NCBI GenBank assembly: GCA_951406725.2
Contig: OX597819.1
Location: 32,178,001-32,242,000 of the forward strand
Direction of reading: 5' to 3'
Origin: Octopus vulgaris
Taxonomy: Eukaryota
DNA: 64,000 bases
Position 1 is the stretch's first letter, and each line of letters opens with the position of its first letter. Positions 28,598 to 40,668 of this stretch are shown piece after piece. The notes beneath the pieces were generated by a model. The model did no database searches and had not been told where the DNA came from. It saw only the letters and a program-made list of their open reading frames with translations. The position numbers and the translations under genes are program-made.

Positions 28598-29958
28598 TTT
28601 ATTATACCTTATCAGCCGTTATAACATTCTGAAGTCTGTTCAGTCAGTGGACAATTTATTTGTTTTTCCGAAGTAAAAAAAGAAGAAAAAAAAACGGTTT
28701 AGAGAAACAGGTTTAATGACAAACACTGTTCTAGTTACCTAAGGGAAATAACTCAACTGGGTCAATGATATGAATTTATTTAATTCAGGTAGGTTGTGAT
28801 GTACTAAATGACAGACAAAATCTTTTCTTGGTGAATTGAAATCTACCTTGTAGTTTGCGAAATGCAATAGAAATTCAATGTAAATTTCGATCAAATGAGA
28901 TTATCTCAAGAAATAAGAATAATTTACAGAAAAATTCATTTATATGTGCAAATTATTTTGTAAAAGATGTTGTTTTTGACTCTTTCTGGGACTTCTCTTA
29001 GCTCAATCTTTTTTTATTTATGCAAAAAATGTTTCGTTAATTTTTTTTCTGTGTCAAATCTGTCAACAGTACATATAGGCCAAAGAAAACTATGATTCAC
29101 TGATGAGGATAGATAGCCCAAAACATCCATGACTTGCACTTTGCCTACGAACAATGAACAATGATACCCTAACCGTCCAGTCATCCATCCATTTTTGCCG
29201 AACATTATCCATGGGAGGGTCGTGGGGTTCGAACTCTCAGGCGACTCCTTAGAATCAGCCGTTATCATACTTTCCTACTGATTCCTTAATCGTGATCGAC
29301 AGAGACTATATTACACAATGTAACACGATTTTTGTCTTTGGGTAACAAGTGTTATTCCCTATTTGCTTGCTCCTACAAAATATGAAAACTGGCTAATATT
29401 TCCTTCAAAGTTTGTTTTTGTTACAATATTTATTCAAACCCGAAAGAATTCCTCTCAACACATAGCTATGATGCTCTCCCACTACCCCTGTTCCTCATCA
29501 GAGATGCATATTGTCAGGCGCTAAGGGACATGTTCAAGTGGTTTAGGTTAAGCAACTGACAATGCGTAGCCGTATTTCGTCTGCCGTTGCATTCTGAGTT
29601 CAAATTCCGCCGAGGTCGACTTTGCCTTTCATCCTTTCGGGGTCGATTAAATAAGTACCAGTTACGCACTGGGGTCGATACAATCGACTTAATCCGTTTG
29701 TCTGTCCTTGTTTGTCCTCTCTGTGTTTAGCCCCTTGTGGGTAGTAAAGAAATAGGTATTGAGTAGAATATTTGCTATTACAATATTTCTACTTCTGGAA
29801 CTCAATGCTGAATCTGTCTGAAACATAATGGAAAATAAGGTCAGTTTGAAAACGTTGATGTGCAGGTCACAAAAGCAAAGTTTGAAGGGAATAGCAGTCA
29901 TTTCCTTTGATTTCTAAATAGAAGTAAATAGGAAATAACATTTACAGACCAAAGATAA

Positions 29959-29997
<39 letters not shown>

Positions 29998-30047
29998 AAA
30001 TGTTGTTACACAGTGTTATCCAACCAACTCACTCTTGGTCTACGCAT

Positions 30048-30442
30048 GGAATGGAATGGAAGCACTCCGTCGGTTACGACGACGAGGGTTCCGGTTGATC
30101 CGAATCAACGGAACAGCCTGCTCGTGAAATTAACGTATAAGTGGCTGAGCACTCCACAGACACGTGTACCCTTAACGTAGTTCTCGGAGATATTCAGCGT
30201 GACACAGAGAGTGACAAGGCCGGCCCTTTGAAATACAGGTACAACAGAAACAGGAAGTAAGAGTGAGAGAAAGTTGTGGGGAAAGAGTACAGCAGGGATC
30301 ACCACCATCCCCTGCCGGAGCATCGTGGAGCTTTAGGTGTTTTTCGCTCAATAAACACTCAGAACGCCCGGTCTGTGAATAGAAACCGCGATCCTATGAC
30401 CGCGAGTCCGCTGCCCTAACCACTGGGCCATTGCGCCTCCAC
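30048..30442 (-). mobile_element. SINE family C, tail type i, ending (CCATT)n
   Basis: TSD ggtctacgcat at 30037-30047 and 30443-30453. Confidence 0.92.
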
Positions 30443-30959
30443 GGTCTACGCATAGATTTACTCGGTTGGCTCGCCTTGGAAAATCTTACTTGCGATCGAT
30501 CCTTCTCGGCAACATTCTAACCGGAGCTGTAGACTCCCAGTGTGGAGAATCGGCCTAAAGCGATTCTCTGAGCTATGCGCCCTGTCGAGATCCTTCATTT
30601 CCGTTCCTTAGATTCGCAATCGTACTCTTTCAGTCATTAGAGTGAAGACGCGTGGTCTTAGAGTGAGGAGTATTCGGTTCACGATCGTAAGGTCTTGAGT
30701 TCGATTCCCGGAGGCGCGTCGTGCCTTTGGGCAAGACACTTTATTTTACGTTGCTCCAGTCCACTCAGCGGGTTAAAAATGAATTGTACCTGTAATTCAA
30801 AAATGGCCAACTTTGTCACATTCTGTTTCACGCTGAATCTTCCTGAGAACTACGTTAAGGGTACGCATGTCTGAGGATGCTCAACCACTTGCAGGTTAAT
30901 TTCACAAGCAGACTGTTCCTTTGAACAAGAACCCTCGACCTCGTAACCAGAGGTGAGGA

Positions 30960-31180
30960 TAGGCACGAAAACTGAATTGAAGATAGCAAATTTGGCTTTT
31001 CGCTAAGGAGTGAATATTAGAGCAGGCTTATTACTGAACCCGGCGCTTGCAATTCCAGTATCCAGTCCATCCTGCTGCTTCCTATCTTTCGTGAATGCAG
31101 CTCCGAGATATTTTGTCTTAGGGATGCTTTACTAATATGTAGAGTCCTCTCAGGGGTTCCTGAAAGGACCAATGTCTTAT
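30960..31180 (-). pseudogene. Degenerate LINE (RTE-like) RT fragment
   Basis: Minus-strand KYLGAAFTKDRKQQDGLDTGIAS resembles FKYLG..FT.DG....EID.RI.KA. Confidence 0.5.
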
Positions 31181-31258
31181 TGTTTGCGACATTTGTACCG
31201 AAATCAATTAAATTTTTGAAATTTTCTCTTTTTATTATTTTTATTTTTTTATATTTTA

Positions 31259-31655
31259 CTAGCAGTATCGCCCGGCGTTGCTCGAGTTTGCAAGGGAAAT
31301 AACTATATAAGCATTTTTAGAGAGTTATAGCCAAAAAATAGCAAAAAAATGCATTAAAAATGGAAAAAAAATTATGGTAATTTTTTTTTAAATCGTTGAC
31401 TCATCGTAGACATTTTTAGAGAGTTACTTCCCTTATATGATAGCGAAAAAATGCATTAAAATGGAAAAAAATGATGGTACATTTTTTTTTAAATCGTAGA
31501 CTCATCGTAGACGCGCGCTAATACCCAGAAGGGCTCGATATGAATCACGACTATAAGATAGCCGGTATTGGTTAAACTGCACCGCAAAATGTGGGAGTAG
31601 TTAGGAATCTAAATCGTAGGAGACAGACACACAACTTCACTTTTATATATAAAGA
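31259..31655 (-). mobile_element. Non-autonomous Helitron
   Basis: Minus strand A|TCtttatatataaaag...gtgtctgtc ... GC-rich imperfect hairpin ... CTAG|T; no TSD; internal ~100-bp duplication. Confidence 0.8.
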
Positions 31656-31915
31656 TTTATCTATTTCTTTATCGATTTATTTCTTTATTTATTTATTGCT
31701 TTTGAGAGTCGTCAACAATTAGCGATAACGTATTTAGTTCATTCCTCCAACTAAAAAAATAATTTTGTTTCGCATATGTTATTTTCTTTATTACCGCGTA
31801 CCTGAATTATTCATAAGTATGTGTGTATACATACACACATGCGCGCACGCACACACACATACATACAAACACACGCACACACATTCACACACACACATGC
31901 ACACACACACACACA

Positions 31916-31967
<52 letters not shown>

Positions 31968-32190
31968 CATGGTACCGCATTCACTTCATCGTTTTATTCT
32001 GTGGATGAGTGGCAGGAGAGACGTAGCTCTTAAACTTAATTGATCAATATGGCTGAAGTTCAACTTGAAACCGTGCGTATCGTGTTCCAGGTAAATGTCT
32101 TCAACGGTGAATCTCAAAGAATGGACAGAAACGTCTTGCTGTATGTTTGCTTTATCACTCTTCACTCATGTCCCCTACATAAAACTGTGT

Positions 32191-32399
32191 TACTTTTTAC
32201 TCTTTTACTTGTTTCAGTCATGTGACTGTGGCCATGCTGGAGCACCGCCTTTAGTCGAGCAAATCGACCCCAGGACTTATTCTTTGTAAGCCTAGTTATT
32301 CATTCTAACGAACACTTTTGCCGAACCGCTAGATTACGGGGGACGTAAACATACCAGCATCGGTTGTCAAGCGATGTTTGGGGGTCAAACACAGACACA

Positions 32400-32442
<43 letters not shown>

Positions 32443-32610
32443 TTATACGACGGGCTTCTTTCAGTTTCTGTCTACCAAATCCACTCACAAATCTTTGGTC
32501 GGCCCGAGGCTATACTAGAAGATACTTGCCCAAGGTGCCACGCAGTGAGATTGAACCCGGAACCATGTGGTTGGTAAGCAAGCTACTTACCACACAGCCA
32601 CTCCTACGTC
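32191..32610 (-). mobile_element. SINE family A, full length
   Basis: Matches the family consensus. Confidence 0.9.
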
Positions 32611-33904
32611 TATATAAATATATAACTTTTATATAACTAAATGGTTTGAGTTACCATTAATAATGATTTCAAATTCTGGCAGAAGGCCAGAAATTTCGGG
32701 GGAGTGGGTTAGTCGATTACATCGACCCAAGTGCTTGACTGGTATTTATTGTATCAAGTCCGAAAGGATGAAAGGTAAAGGCGACCTCGATAAAATTTGA
32801 ACTCAGAACGTAAGCATTTTGACCAGCGTACTAACGATTCTGCCAGCTCACCGCCTTATTGGTTTCAAATTCTGACAACAAGGTTAGCCAGTTCGGAGGA
32901 GGGGAGAAGTCGATTACATCGACCCCAGTGTTCGACTGGTACTTATTTTATCAAGCCCGAAAGTATGGAAGGCAAAGTCGACCTCGACGGAATTTGAACT
33001 GAGAACGTAAAAACGGTAACTCACCGCCTTAATAACAAATTGTTTCAGTTAAGAAGCTGACGTATCAGCCAGTTCGATGTCCACACTGAGTTACCATTTA
33101 TATTACTTGTATTACTATCAAAAATATACAATAGGCGCAGGCAGGGCTCTGTGGTTAGGGAGCTTGAAATGCAATAGATCGATTTTGGGTCATAATTGTG
33201 GGTGACAATTTCATATGACACCGCTAGAAAAAAACTGCCGTTCAAACCGAAAAGATCATTATATATTATATATTATATATATGATTTACTTTCATCTATC
33301 AGTAAAAGAAGTTATAAGATCTCCTTTATTCAACTGATCTATGATTTAATTTGTATCTATGATTACAGATATGCTTATCGAAATAGAGGAAGAAACTATA
33401 TATAGAAGGAAATTATATGTAGTCCTGTGATGTGTAAAGAATTGCAGTCAAATCTTCCTCATGACAATCGCTGAATTTTAAATATTGGTTTCAAACTTTG
33501 GCACAAGTCCAGCATGTTCGGAGGAGAGGGTAAGTCGATTACATCGACCCCAGTATTCAGTTGGTACTTATTTTACCGATCCCGATAGGACAAAAGACAA
33601 AGTCAACCTCAGCGAAATTCAAACGTCGAATGTAAAGGGGGGACGAAATGCCGCTGAGCATTTTACCCAGCGTGCTTAACGATTCTGCCAGCCCGAGCCT
33701 TAACTAAATAACTGAAGTTTTAAATATTGAACAATGTACGACGACTTTAACATTTCAAAAAGCACAGGCGTGCCCCTCTGATTAAAAAGCTTCTGGTCTT
33801 GGGTTCAGTCACACAATGCGGCAAATGTTCTCTATATTATAGCCCCGGGTCGATCAAAGCCTTATGAGTGAATTTCATAGATAGAGACTGAAGGAAGCCG
33901 TCCG

Positions 33905-33937
<33 letters not shown>

Positions 33938-34066
33938 TAAAAAGAATTCCAACCTTGTCTGATTTTCACGTTTTATTTACAATCTTATAATGATATATTA
34001 TAAGATAATATATTATAATTGAATAAAATAAAATGAAATAGTAGAATGTTAAATATTCATTCTGAT

Positions 34067-34111
34067 TGAACTAGTACTTTCATGCATTGAATTCTGCAAT
34101 CTTCGGGTTCA
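34067..34111 (-). ncRNA. Minimal type-I hammerhead ribozyme in the PLE pseudo-LTR (U4C core)
   Basis: Minus strand TGAAC-CCGAAGA-T-TGCA-gaattcaa-TGCA-T-GAAA-GTAC-TA-GTTCA: 5-bp stem I, 4-bp stem II with U.U at 10.1/11.1, palindromic stem III AGUACU, cleavage after UA. Confidence 0.8.
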
Positions 34112-34174
34112 TGTAGTAGTGTTGACAGTCATGCTTCACAATTTTTGACTGTAGCAAGATGAGTGATTCTGTGC

Positions 34175-34288
34175 TATAAATACAGCTGGGTAGGCTCCAG
34201 AGTGCTAGGTTTTGCAAACTGTATTCTGACCAATCAGTGTGTAGTATCACTCAATTACTTAAGCTGATTGGTTGGTTGAGCTGATTGG
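34175..34288 (-). promoter_or_regulatory. Putative Pol II promoter in the PLE pseudo-LTR
   Basis: CCAAT boxes at 34284-34288 and 34267-34271 (minus) and 34230-34234 (plus); TATTTATA at 34175-34182, ~65 nt upstream of the hammerhead; AATAAA (minus) at 33972-33977. Confidence 0.5.
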
Positions 34289-34605
34289 TTTAGGCATCAC
34301 GCTTTGTTGGACAGGTCAAGAGTCCTGTATCTTGACCCTGGCCGAAGCAGCAATTGTTGGGTTATTTTTAGAAATGTTGTAAATATCCTTTGTCAGAGAT
34401 TTTTATATTTTTATATTTCAATTGTCATCATCATCATTGTCAGCACCTTAATTATTGTTGTTAGTGGTGATGGTGGTGGCAATAGAACTTTTAACCCTAA
34501 ATAAGATAATTTTCCTGCTATCTTCGTCTTGATCACCTTTAGTATTGTTGTTGTTGTTAGTGGTCATGGTCGTAGCAGTGGAAGTAATACCTCTAAGTAT
34601 TATTA

Positions 34606-36402
34606 TTATTGCTTATTTAGCTTGGGTTCGAATTTATCAATAAAATTCTTTTCTCTGATTTTCCTCTCGATTTCACTTGGGCTGTGTAATTTGTAGAATG
34701 GAAATATTATATATATTTTCCGACCACATGTTGCTAGGTGGTTACTCAAAGGTATCTGACGGACCTCTGGGTTTCTAATCTGTTGCCGGTGTACACGTGA
34801 GCGTTCTAATAGTGCGTTTCCCGTCTGACCTACATATATTTCTTCACAATTTGGGCATTTGATGCAGTAAATTAAATTTCTGCTTTTGCAGTTCACATTC
34901 GCGTTTGTGAATATTTTCCCGGTTTTTGTGTTTATATATTGACCGGTATGTATGAATTGGCATGTGCCACATCGGCTATCATTGCATTTAGATACCGTGA
35001 ATGTTTGGTCTTTGTTGCTGAGGTCAAATTTTGCCTTTGTTAGTAATGTTTTCAAGTTTTTAGGCTGTCTTTTACTAAGCACCATAGCTCGATCCTTGAT
35101 TATGTCTTTTAATTCATTACTTTGGGCAATGATTGGAAGGTTTGCTTTGGCAATGTTGAAGATATTCTGGTGACATGGGTTGTGTGTCACTATGAATGGT
35201 ATGACTTGTTCTTGTTTTCCTCTTCCTTGGGTTGTCCTAAGTTGTTGTATAGGTATTTTTATAGCCCGCTGTATGCCATTTTCTATAAGTAGAGATGGGT
35301 ATTTTTGTTTGAGCAAAAATTCTCTTAGTTCTATTAGGCGTTTGTTCCTGATATTTGCATCTTCTACAATAGTACAAATTCTTCTGGCTAGGCAGTATGG
35401 GATGTTACGTTTTGTATGTGGTGGATGGCACGACTTAAAATTTAGGTATTGATGTGTGTCTGTGTGTTTATAGTATATATCTGTGGTGATGGTGGTGTCT
35501 TTTTTAATTACCATTATATCCAGGAATGGTAATTTGGTACTACTCATCTCCTTTGTAAATTTGAGAGATGGGTGTAGGTTGTTCAGGAGGATATTGAACT
35601 CTTCCAGAGTATTTAGAGATTCTGTCCAGATTATGAAACAGTCGTCTAGGTATCTCTTCCATGCCTTTTCAATATACTTTCTAAATCCAGTGCCATAGTT
35701 TACCTCCACCTCTTGGTAGAGTTGTTCTTCTAAGTATCCCATTACAGAGTTGGCGTAAACGGGAGCAAACCTCGTTCCCATCGCCGTGCCTCTAATTTGG
35801 ATGTAATTCTTTCCATTGAAGAAGAATGTGTTATTTTCTAGAATAAGTTTGACTGTGTCTAATATAAATGGCACTGTGAATCTGCTGGGAATCACTTCTC
35901 TATGTTTTTCTAACCAGTATTTAATCGCCTTTATTCCTAAATCGTGTGGAATATTGGTGTAGAGGCTTACCACATCAAAACTTAGCAAAACTGGATTTGT
36001 TTCTGTTGTTTTGGGAAGATGGGACAGGAAGTCGATGTCATCCCTGATGAAACTTGGTATGTAAGTACATAGTGGTTTCAAAACAATGTCAATAAAATTG
36101 CTTAGACGGTGTGTAGGGCATGCTGGACCAGCTATAATAGGTCTAAGTTTTAGGTCTTTTGGATGTAATAATTTTATGTACTCACTTTCTTGTTCTTTTA
36201 CTGCCTGTTGAATGTTTTTTGATTTGTGTATTTTTGGTAAGCCGTAGAAGTTGCTGGGTTTTGGTTCAAAATTGGTGATGTAGTCTTTTTCATTATCCGT
36301 AAGTGAGTTGTGGTGTGTTGAAATCAGGTTGTTGATCTTTTTCATGATGTGGTGGTCTATATTTGCGGGTATTTCACAATAGAAGGTTGTATCCTTCAGT
36401 TG
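34606..36402 (-). CDS. Penelope-like element reverse transcriptase + GIY-YIG endonuclease, 5'-truncated, uninterrupted (~598 aa); Neptune/Naiad-type Cys linker
   Basis: RT motifs LRPIIAG-CPT, SFDVVSLYTNIP, GTAMGT-APVYAN, RYLDD, LPFLDI; thumb YYKHTDTHQYL-SCHPPHTK; linker C-x4-C-x2-C (KCNDSRCGTC); GIY-YIG LIYCIKCPNCEEIYVGQT ... RSRVHR ... REKNFI-KFEPKLN. The first 18 codons of the tracked ORF (36403-36456) come from flank/(TA)n sequence, so the tracked start is not real. Confidence 0.95.
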   Translation of the reverse strand, partial: QLKDTTFYCEIPANIDHHIMKKINNLISTHHNSLTDNEKDYITNFEPKPSNFYGLPKIHKSKNIQQAVKEQESEYIKLLHPKDLKLRPIIAGPACPTHRLSNFIDIVLKPLCTYIPSFIRDDIDFLSHLPKTTETNPVLLSFDVVSLYTNIPHDLGIKAIKYWLEKHREVIPSRFTVPFILDTVKLILENNTFFFNGKNYIQIRGTAMGTRFAPVYANSVMGYLEEQLYQEVEVNYGTGFRKYIEKAWKRYLDDCFIIWTESLNTLEEFNILLNNLHPSLKFTKEMSSTKLPFLDIMVIKKDTTITTDIYYKHTDTHQYLNFKSCHPPHTKRNIPYCLARRICTIVEDANIRNKRLIELREFLLKQKYPSLLIENGIQRAIKIPIQQLRTTQGRGKQEQVIPFIVTHNPCHQNIFNIAKANLPIIAQSNELKDIIKDRAMVLSKRQPKNLKTLLTKAKFDLSNKDQTFTVSKCNDSRCGTCQFIHTGQYINTKTGKIFTNANVNCKSRNLIYCIKCPNCEEIYVGQTGNALLERSRVHRQQIRNPEVRQIPLSNHLATCGRKIYIIFPFYKLHSPSEIERKIREKNFIDKFEPKLNKQ

Positions 36403-36429
36403 GTATCCTTCATATATATATATATATAT

Positions 36430-37064
36430 ACACAAATTAGTAAATAAATGGCACAACTAAGTACCGATATTTACTGGAAATAGCGAACGTAAAAATACGA
36501 CGCTAATGTGTAGCTTCACCGCGTATGTATTAGCAAAAATGCGTGTGTGCAACAAACTAGAGCAAAAAAACGTCTTACCTCCAGGGAGAACATCTGAAAG
36601 ATGAAACACCAGGAAAAGGATAATGTGTGACCTGCAGGTTTCAGGTTTTACAAGATATGTCTCTCACCCATATTTTGTTTTACCTTCATCAGCCAAGCAT
36701 ATACCAAGACGAAATCTACGATGTTACCACATTAATACTATCACACTCGACTGAAATGCGGAACGCTAACAGCACGAGAAACGGTGAAGAAGTTTCAAAA
36801 TATCAGTAATGCAATACAAAGTATCGCCTTCCAGTAAAAAGTAGCCCGTGAGGGAAAAATACACAAATTAGTAAATAAATGGCACAACTAAGTACCGATA
36901 TTTACTGGAAATAGCGAGCGTAAAAATACGACGCTAATGTGTAGCTTCACCGCGTATGTATTAGCAAAAATGCGTGTGTGCAACAAACTAGAGCAAAAAA
37001 ACGTCTTACCTCCAGGGAGAACATCTGAAAGATGAAACACCCGGAAAAGGATAATGTGGGACCT
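36430..37064 (-). mobile_element. Non-coding ~1.5-copy tandem of a 431-bp hammerhead-containing unit (PLE pseudo-LTR / retrozyme-like)
   Basis: 36431-36633 recurs almost identically at 36862-37064 (period 431); TA-rich flanks on both sides; contains the hammerhead at 36623-36700. Confidence 0.8.
36623..36700 (-). ncRNA. Type-I hammerhead ribozyme, canonical CUGAUGA core, extended stem II
   Basis: Minus strand atgcttgg-CTGATGA-aggt-aaa-acaa-a-atatg-ggtgagaga-catat-c-ttgt-aaa-acct-GAAA-CCTGCAGG-TC. Stem III is the palindrome ACCUGCAGGU with a GUC site. The stem I 3' strand is ccacat in the second repeat copy and acacat in this one. Confidence 0.8.
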
Positions 37065-37077
37065 TTATATATACTTT

Positions 37078-37269
37078 CATTCTTGTTCCAGTCATTTGGC
37101 TGCGGCCACGCTGGAGCACTGCCTTTAGTCGAACAAATCGACCACAACACTTATTCTTTTTAAGCCGAGTACCTATTTTATCGTTCTCTTTTGCCGAATC
37201 GCTAAGTTACGGTGCCGTAAACTCACCAGCATCGGTTGTCAAGTGATGGTGAGAGGACATACACACACA

Positions 37270-37316
<47 letters not shown>

Positions 37317-37478
37317 TGTACATATACGACGGGCTTCTTTCAGTTTCCCTCTACCAAATCCACTCACAAGGCTTTGATCGGTCCGAGGCTTTAGGAGAAG
37401 ACACTTGGCCAAGGTGCCACGCAGTAGAACTGAACCTGAAACCATGTGGATCGGGAAGCATGCTTCTTACCACACAGC

Positions 37479-37481
<3 letters not shown>
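37078..37481 (-). mobile_element. SINE family A
   Basis: Matches the family consensus. Confidence 0.85.
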
Positions 37482-37514
<33 letters not shown>

Positions 37515-38011
37515 TCTAGTGCGTAAAATAGCATCAGAGAAGTTTCTCGTTTCCAGAACCGGAAGATCATCACCTGTACAGCAGACCTCATCGATCTTTC
37601 AGTCATTGAAGTATCGCACGTAACTGTCTGGCTAGCCGGTGCTGCATTGGGTTGTCCTATTCAATATCTTCTCCAATGTTGCAGGCCAAATTTTGCGCTA
37701 TCTCAGACGAGCCAATCTCTACTGCCGCACAAAACCACCTCACACACACACATATACTGTAAGTCAAATCACACACACACGTACATGCACACAAGCACTG
37801 AGACACATGTATAGATTCGTTACTGCAACTCCTAAGCGAATACATAAAACCTGATTTATGTGTCATGCTCATTTATATCTCTTTAGAATTCATGTATACT
37901 GTTGTGTATACAACATTGATATAGACTAATAAACTAAACATTACTCGTTCATTTGTCATTTATACACACATACATATATAACATACATATATACAAACAA
38001 ACAAACATACA

Positions 38012-38044
<33 letters not shown>

Positions 38045-39354
38045 GTGGTGTGATATGACGCGATATTTTCGGACTGTAAATCGCAATTATGAAACTGTCT
38101 GACATTTCTACATATTCATAAATATATATTATATTCATGTAATGTAAATGAAATCTGAAGAAACACGAGATGGCTCGACTATGTTAAGAACTGGTCTATA
38201 AGCCATAAGTGAGATTATTAACAAGTTTGCTAAGTTTAATTAATGTGAGGCTTGAAGAATCTAACGTTCCGGTTCCTAGCTCTTCGTATGAAAGCGGAGG
38301 TAAGAGGAAGAAATGTAATGTAATGTGGCTTCGGTTGTAAGCTGGGTAAATGGTTCTTCTCTCTCGCCAATAGAAGTTACCAAATGGATTGAAATCTTTT
38401 CTATTACTAGCAGTATAACTAGATTAAGTTAGGATTATTAAGCTAATCAAGCGCTTTGTTTCAAACCAAATTAAGTAACACCGACGTGAATTTGAGCGAA
38501 ATCCGTTGCAATTGGTAAATGTTTGGTTGAAAATGGGTTGCAGACAATTTGACTGGGAAATCCCATAAGGAATCGGTTTATCGAACTTTCCACTCATCGA
38601 TTGTTTCTTTTTCTTTCTTTTTTATGGAGAACTTAAGGCATCAAAAAATCCCATGAGTCCTAAGTAATGCCGGCATCGAGTTTGAACAAAATACGTCAAA
38701 ACTGGTAAGTTATGGTTGAAAATGGGGTGTAGCAATTTTAGTGGGAAATCCTATAAGGAATCAGCTTATCGATTTTTCATCCTGATTGAATGGAAAACCC
38801 CATAAGGAATCAGTTCATTGATTTTTCACCTCAAATAGGACTTCACAGAACACAACATTGCTGATTCAAAAATATATATATATTTATACTTTAAAGTTAG
38901 TTTTCACACCCAACACAATTCTGCAGAATCAGTGTCGCGACGGGAACGCATGGGTTGGGAGTTTTAATCGGAAGAGGTGATCAGGTTTCACATGCCGGCC
39001 TTTTCGAAACCACCACCTCATCATCTAACCCCACTTGGCCCATGGGTTGGGAACCCTTCCGGCACAGAAAATAGAACGCCCAAAAGGGCTTCCGATCTTC
39101 TGTGTCAGAAGAGGTTATGTTCGCATCACAACTAAGCCTTAACCTAAGCCTACGCTAACCTAGCGAAAGGGGGCTCGAGAGCCTCTAAAGGGCAGCAATT
39201 AATCCCGATCTAGTCCTAACCCATCCTAGAGGTATTATCAGTCAAAGCTGTATCGAAGATATGCATTGGAGAAGGTTGTATTGAAGGTTTGCACGATTTT
39301 ATATATATATATGTGTATATATATATACATACACAATATCAATGTCACATTTCT

Positions 39355-39405
<51 letters not shown>

Positions 39406-39408
<3 letters not shown>

Positions 39409-39589
39409 CTCGTGTGTACTGTTGGCGATTTTTTTTCCTCTGTCTTCCCTTCTCCTATGTTTCCGACGAAGAGCTCCGCTCGAAACGTTAAACCCTCCTT
39501 CTTCCCTTCTTTCCTGAGCGTCCAATAATACTATATTTGTTCCACGTCCTCGCGTTGTTGTGTTTTTTTGTGTCTTCTTGTTTGGATTA

Positions 39590-39591
<2 letters not shown>
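39406..39591 (+). mobile_element. Short (TA)n-embedded PLE 3'-end relic; related copies at ~50343-50450 (-) and ~56038-56290 (-)
   Basis: Flanked by (TA)n. Shares ttcctgagcgtccaataa...ccacgtcctcgcgttgttgtg...tgtttggatta with the reverse copy at 50.3 kb. The 56 kb copy keeps gtttccga...tccgctcgaaacgtc with part of the core deleted. Confidence 0.65.
39459..39493 (+). ncRNA. Minimal hammerhead-like motif (U4C core, extra A after A9)
   Basis: GTTT-CCGACGA-A-GAGC-tcc-GCTC-GAAA-CG-TT-AAAC: 4-bp stems I and II, palindromic ACGU stem III. Confidence 0.6.
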
Positions 39592-39637
<46 letters not shown>

Positions 39638-40504
39638 TAATATTTAATAACGAACCATATAATTCACTCTGCAAAATTTGTTTCTGTAAAATGTTGGGAG
39701 TGGGTAAAATTTCCGTGGCTTTCACCTCACCCCACCCCATTTTTTAGACCCCAAAAAGGGTTTTGTAGCATATTAGGAGATCACAGGGATTCATTCAACG
39801 AAAAAAAAACCCAATGATTCCGGGACTGATCCTGAAACCACGTGATTGCAAAACGACTTTCTTTACCATAAGCCGTGCTAACCGAACTTCAGCGAAAACA
39901 ACGAAATGACCCTTTAAAAGGACCAACCAAGCAGAACGACAAGCTTGACCACGGTAAAAAAAAACGTTACCAGAATTTTAACGGATCAAAAATCAGATCC
40001 GATCGCGGAAAAAAAAAATTATAAATTCATCTGATCCCAAAACATACCACTACAAGCGAAAGCGTGTATTAGAAGAGGATCAGAGAAACTGTAAACCAAA
40101 TTCCCATTTTTTTTTACTAATTTCATTTCACACTTGCTTTTTTCAGTATGACTTCTCGAACACGACTAAAATTAATGAACTTCATACATTCAAACAAATT
40201 TATATACAGGTTTAATTTTATTGACTGCTATGAACATTCAAATTTACACCTTCTGTTTTGAACATGTTAATTTATCAACATTGAAACATTTTAATTTGTA
40301 AACATTGAAGCTTTTAATGATGTTTTTTTCTTCTAATTTTAAACTTTTACCATTGATAAACAAAAAAATATTGTTGAAACTAGTTTGGTATATGTGTAAA
40401 TAAATGTGTCTTAAACATTTACGAGTTTTTGAAATTTAGGTGCATTTTCAACACATTTTCCGATATTTTTTCCTGCGTGGAAACATCACCACTCTTTTGT
40501 TTTA

Positions 40505-40571
<67 letters not shown>

Positions 40572-40634
40572 ATGTATGTGTGTATGTATGTATGTATGTA
40601 TGTATGTATGTATGTATGTATGTATATATGTATG

Positions 40635-40668
<34 letters not shown>

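Larger units (their letters stand above)
33933..36412 (-). mobile_element. Penelope-like retroelement (5'-truncated ORF + ~670 bp 3' pseudo-LTR) inserted in a (TA)n tract
   Basis: ORF above; (TA)n on both sides (33906-33933, 36412-36430); the 3' region carries CCAAT boxes, a TATA-like box, a hammerhead motif and AATAAA. Confidence 0.9.

Noticed and set aside
29099-29130. CTGATGA motifs here and at ~7513, ~12414 and ~41786
   Set aside because: No correctly placed GAAA and no paired stems.
34606-36456. Selenoprotein (Naiad-type UGA readthrough) or full-length active PLE
   Set aside because: No in-frame UGA in the ORF; the N-terminus is missing and the tracked start lies in flanking sequence.
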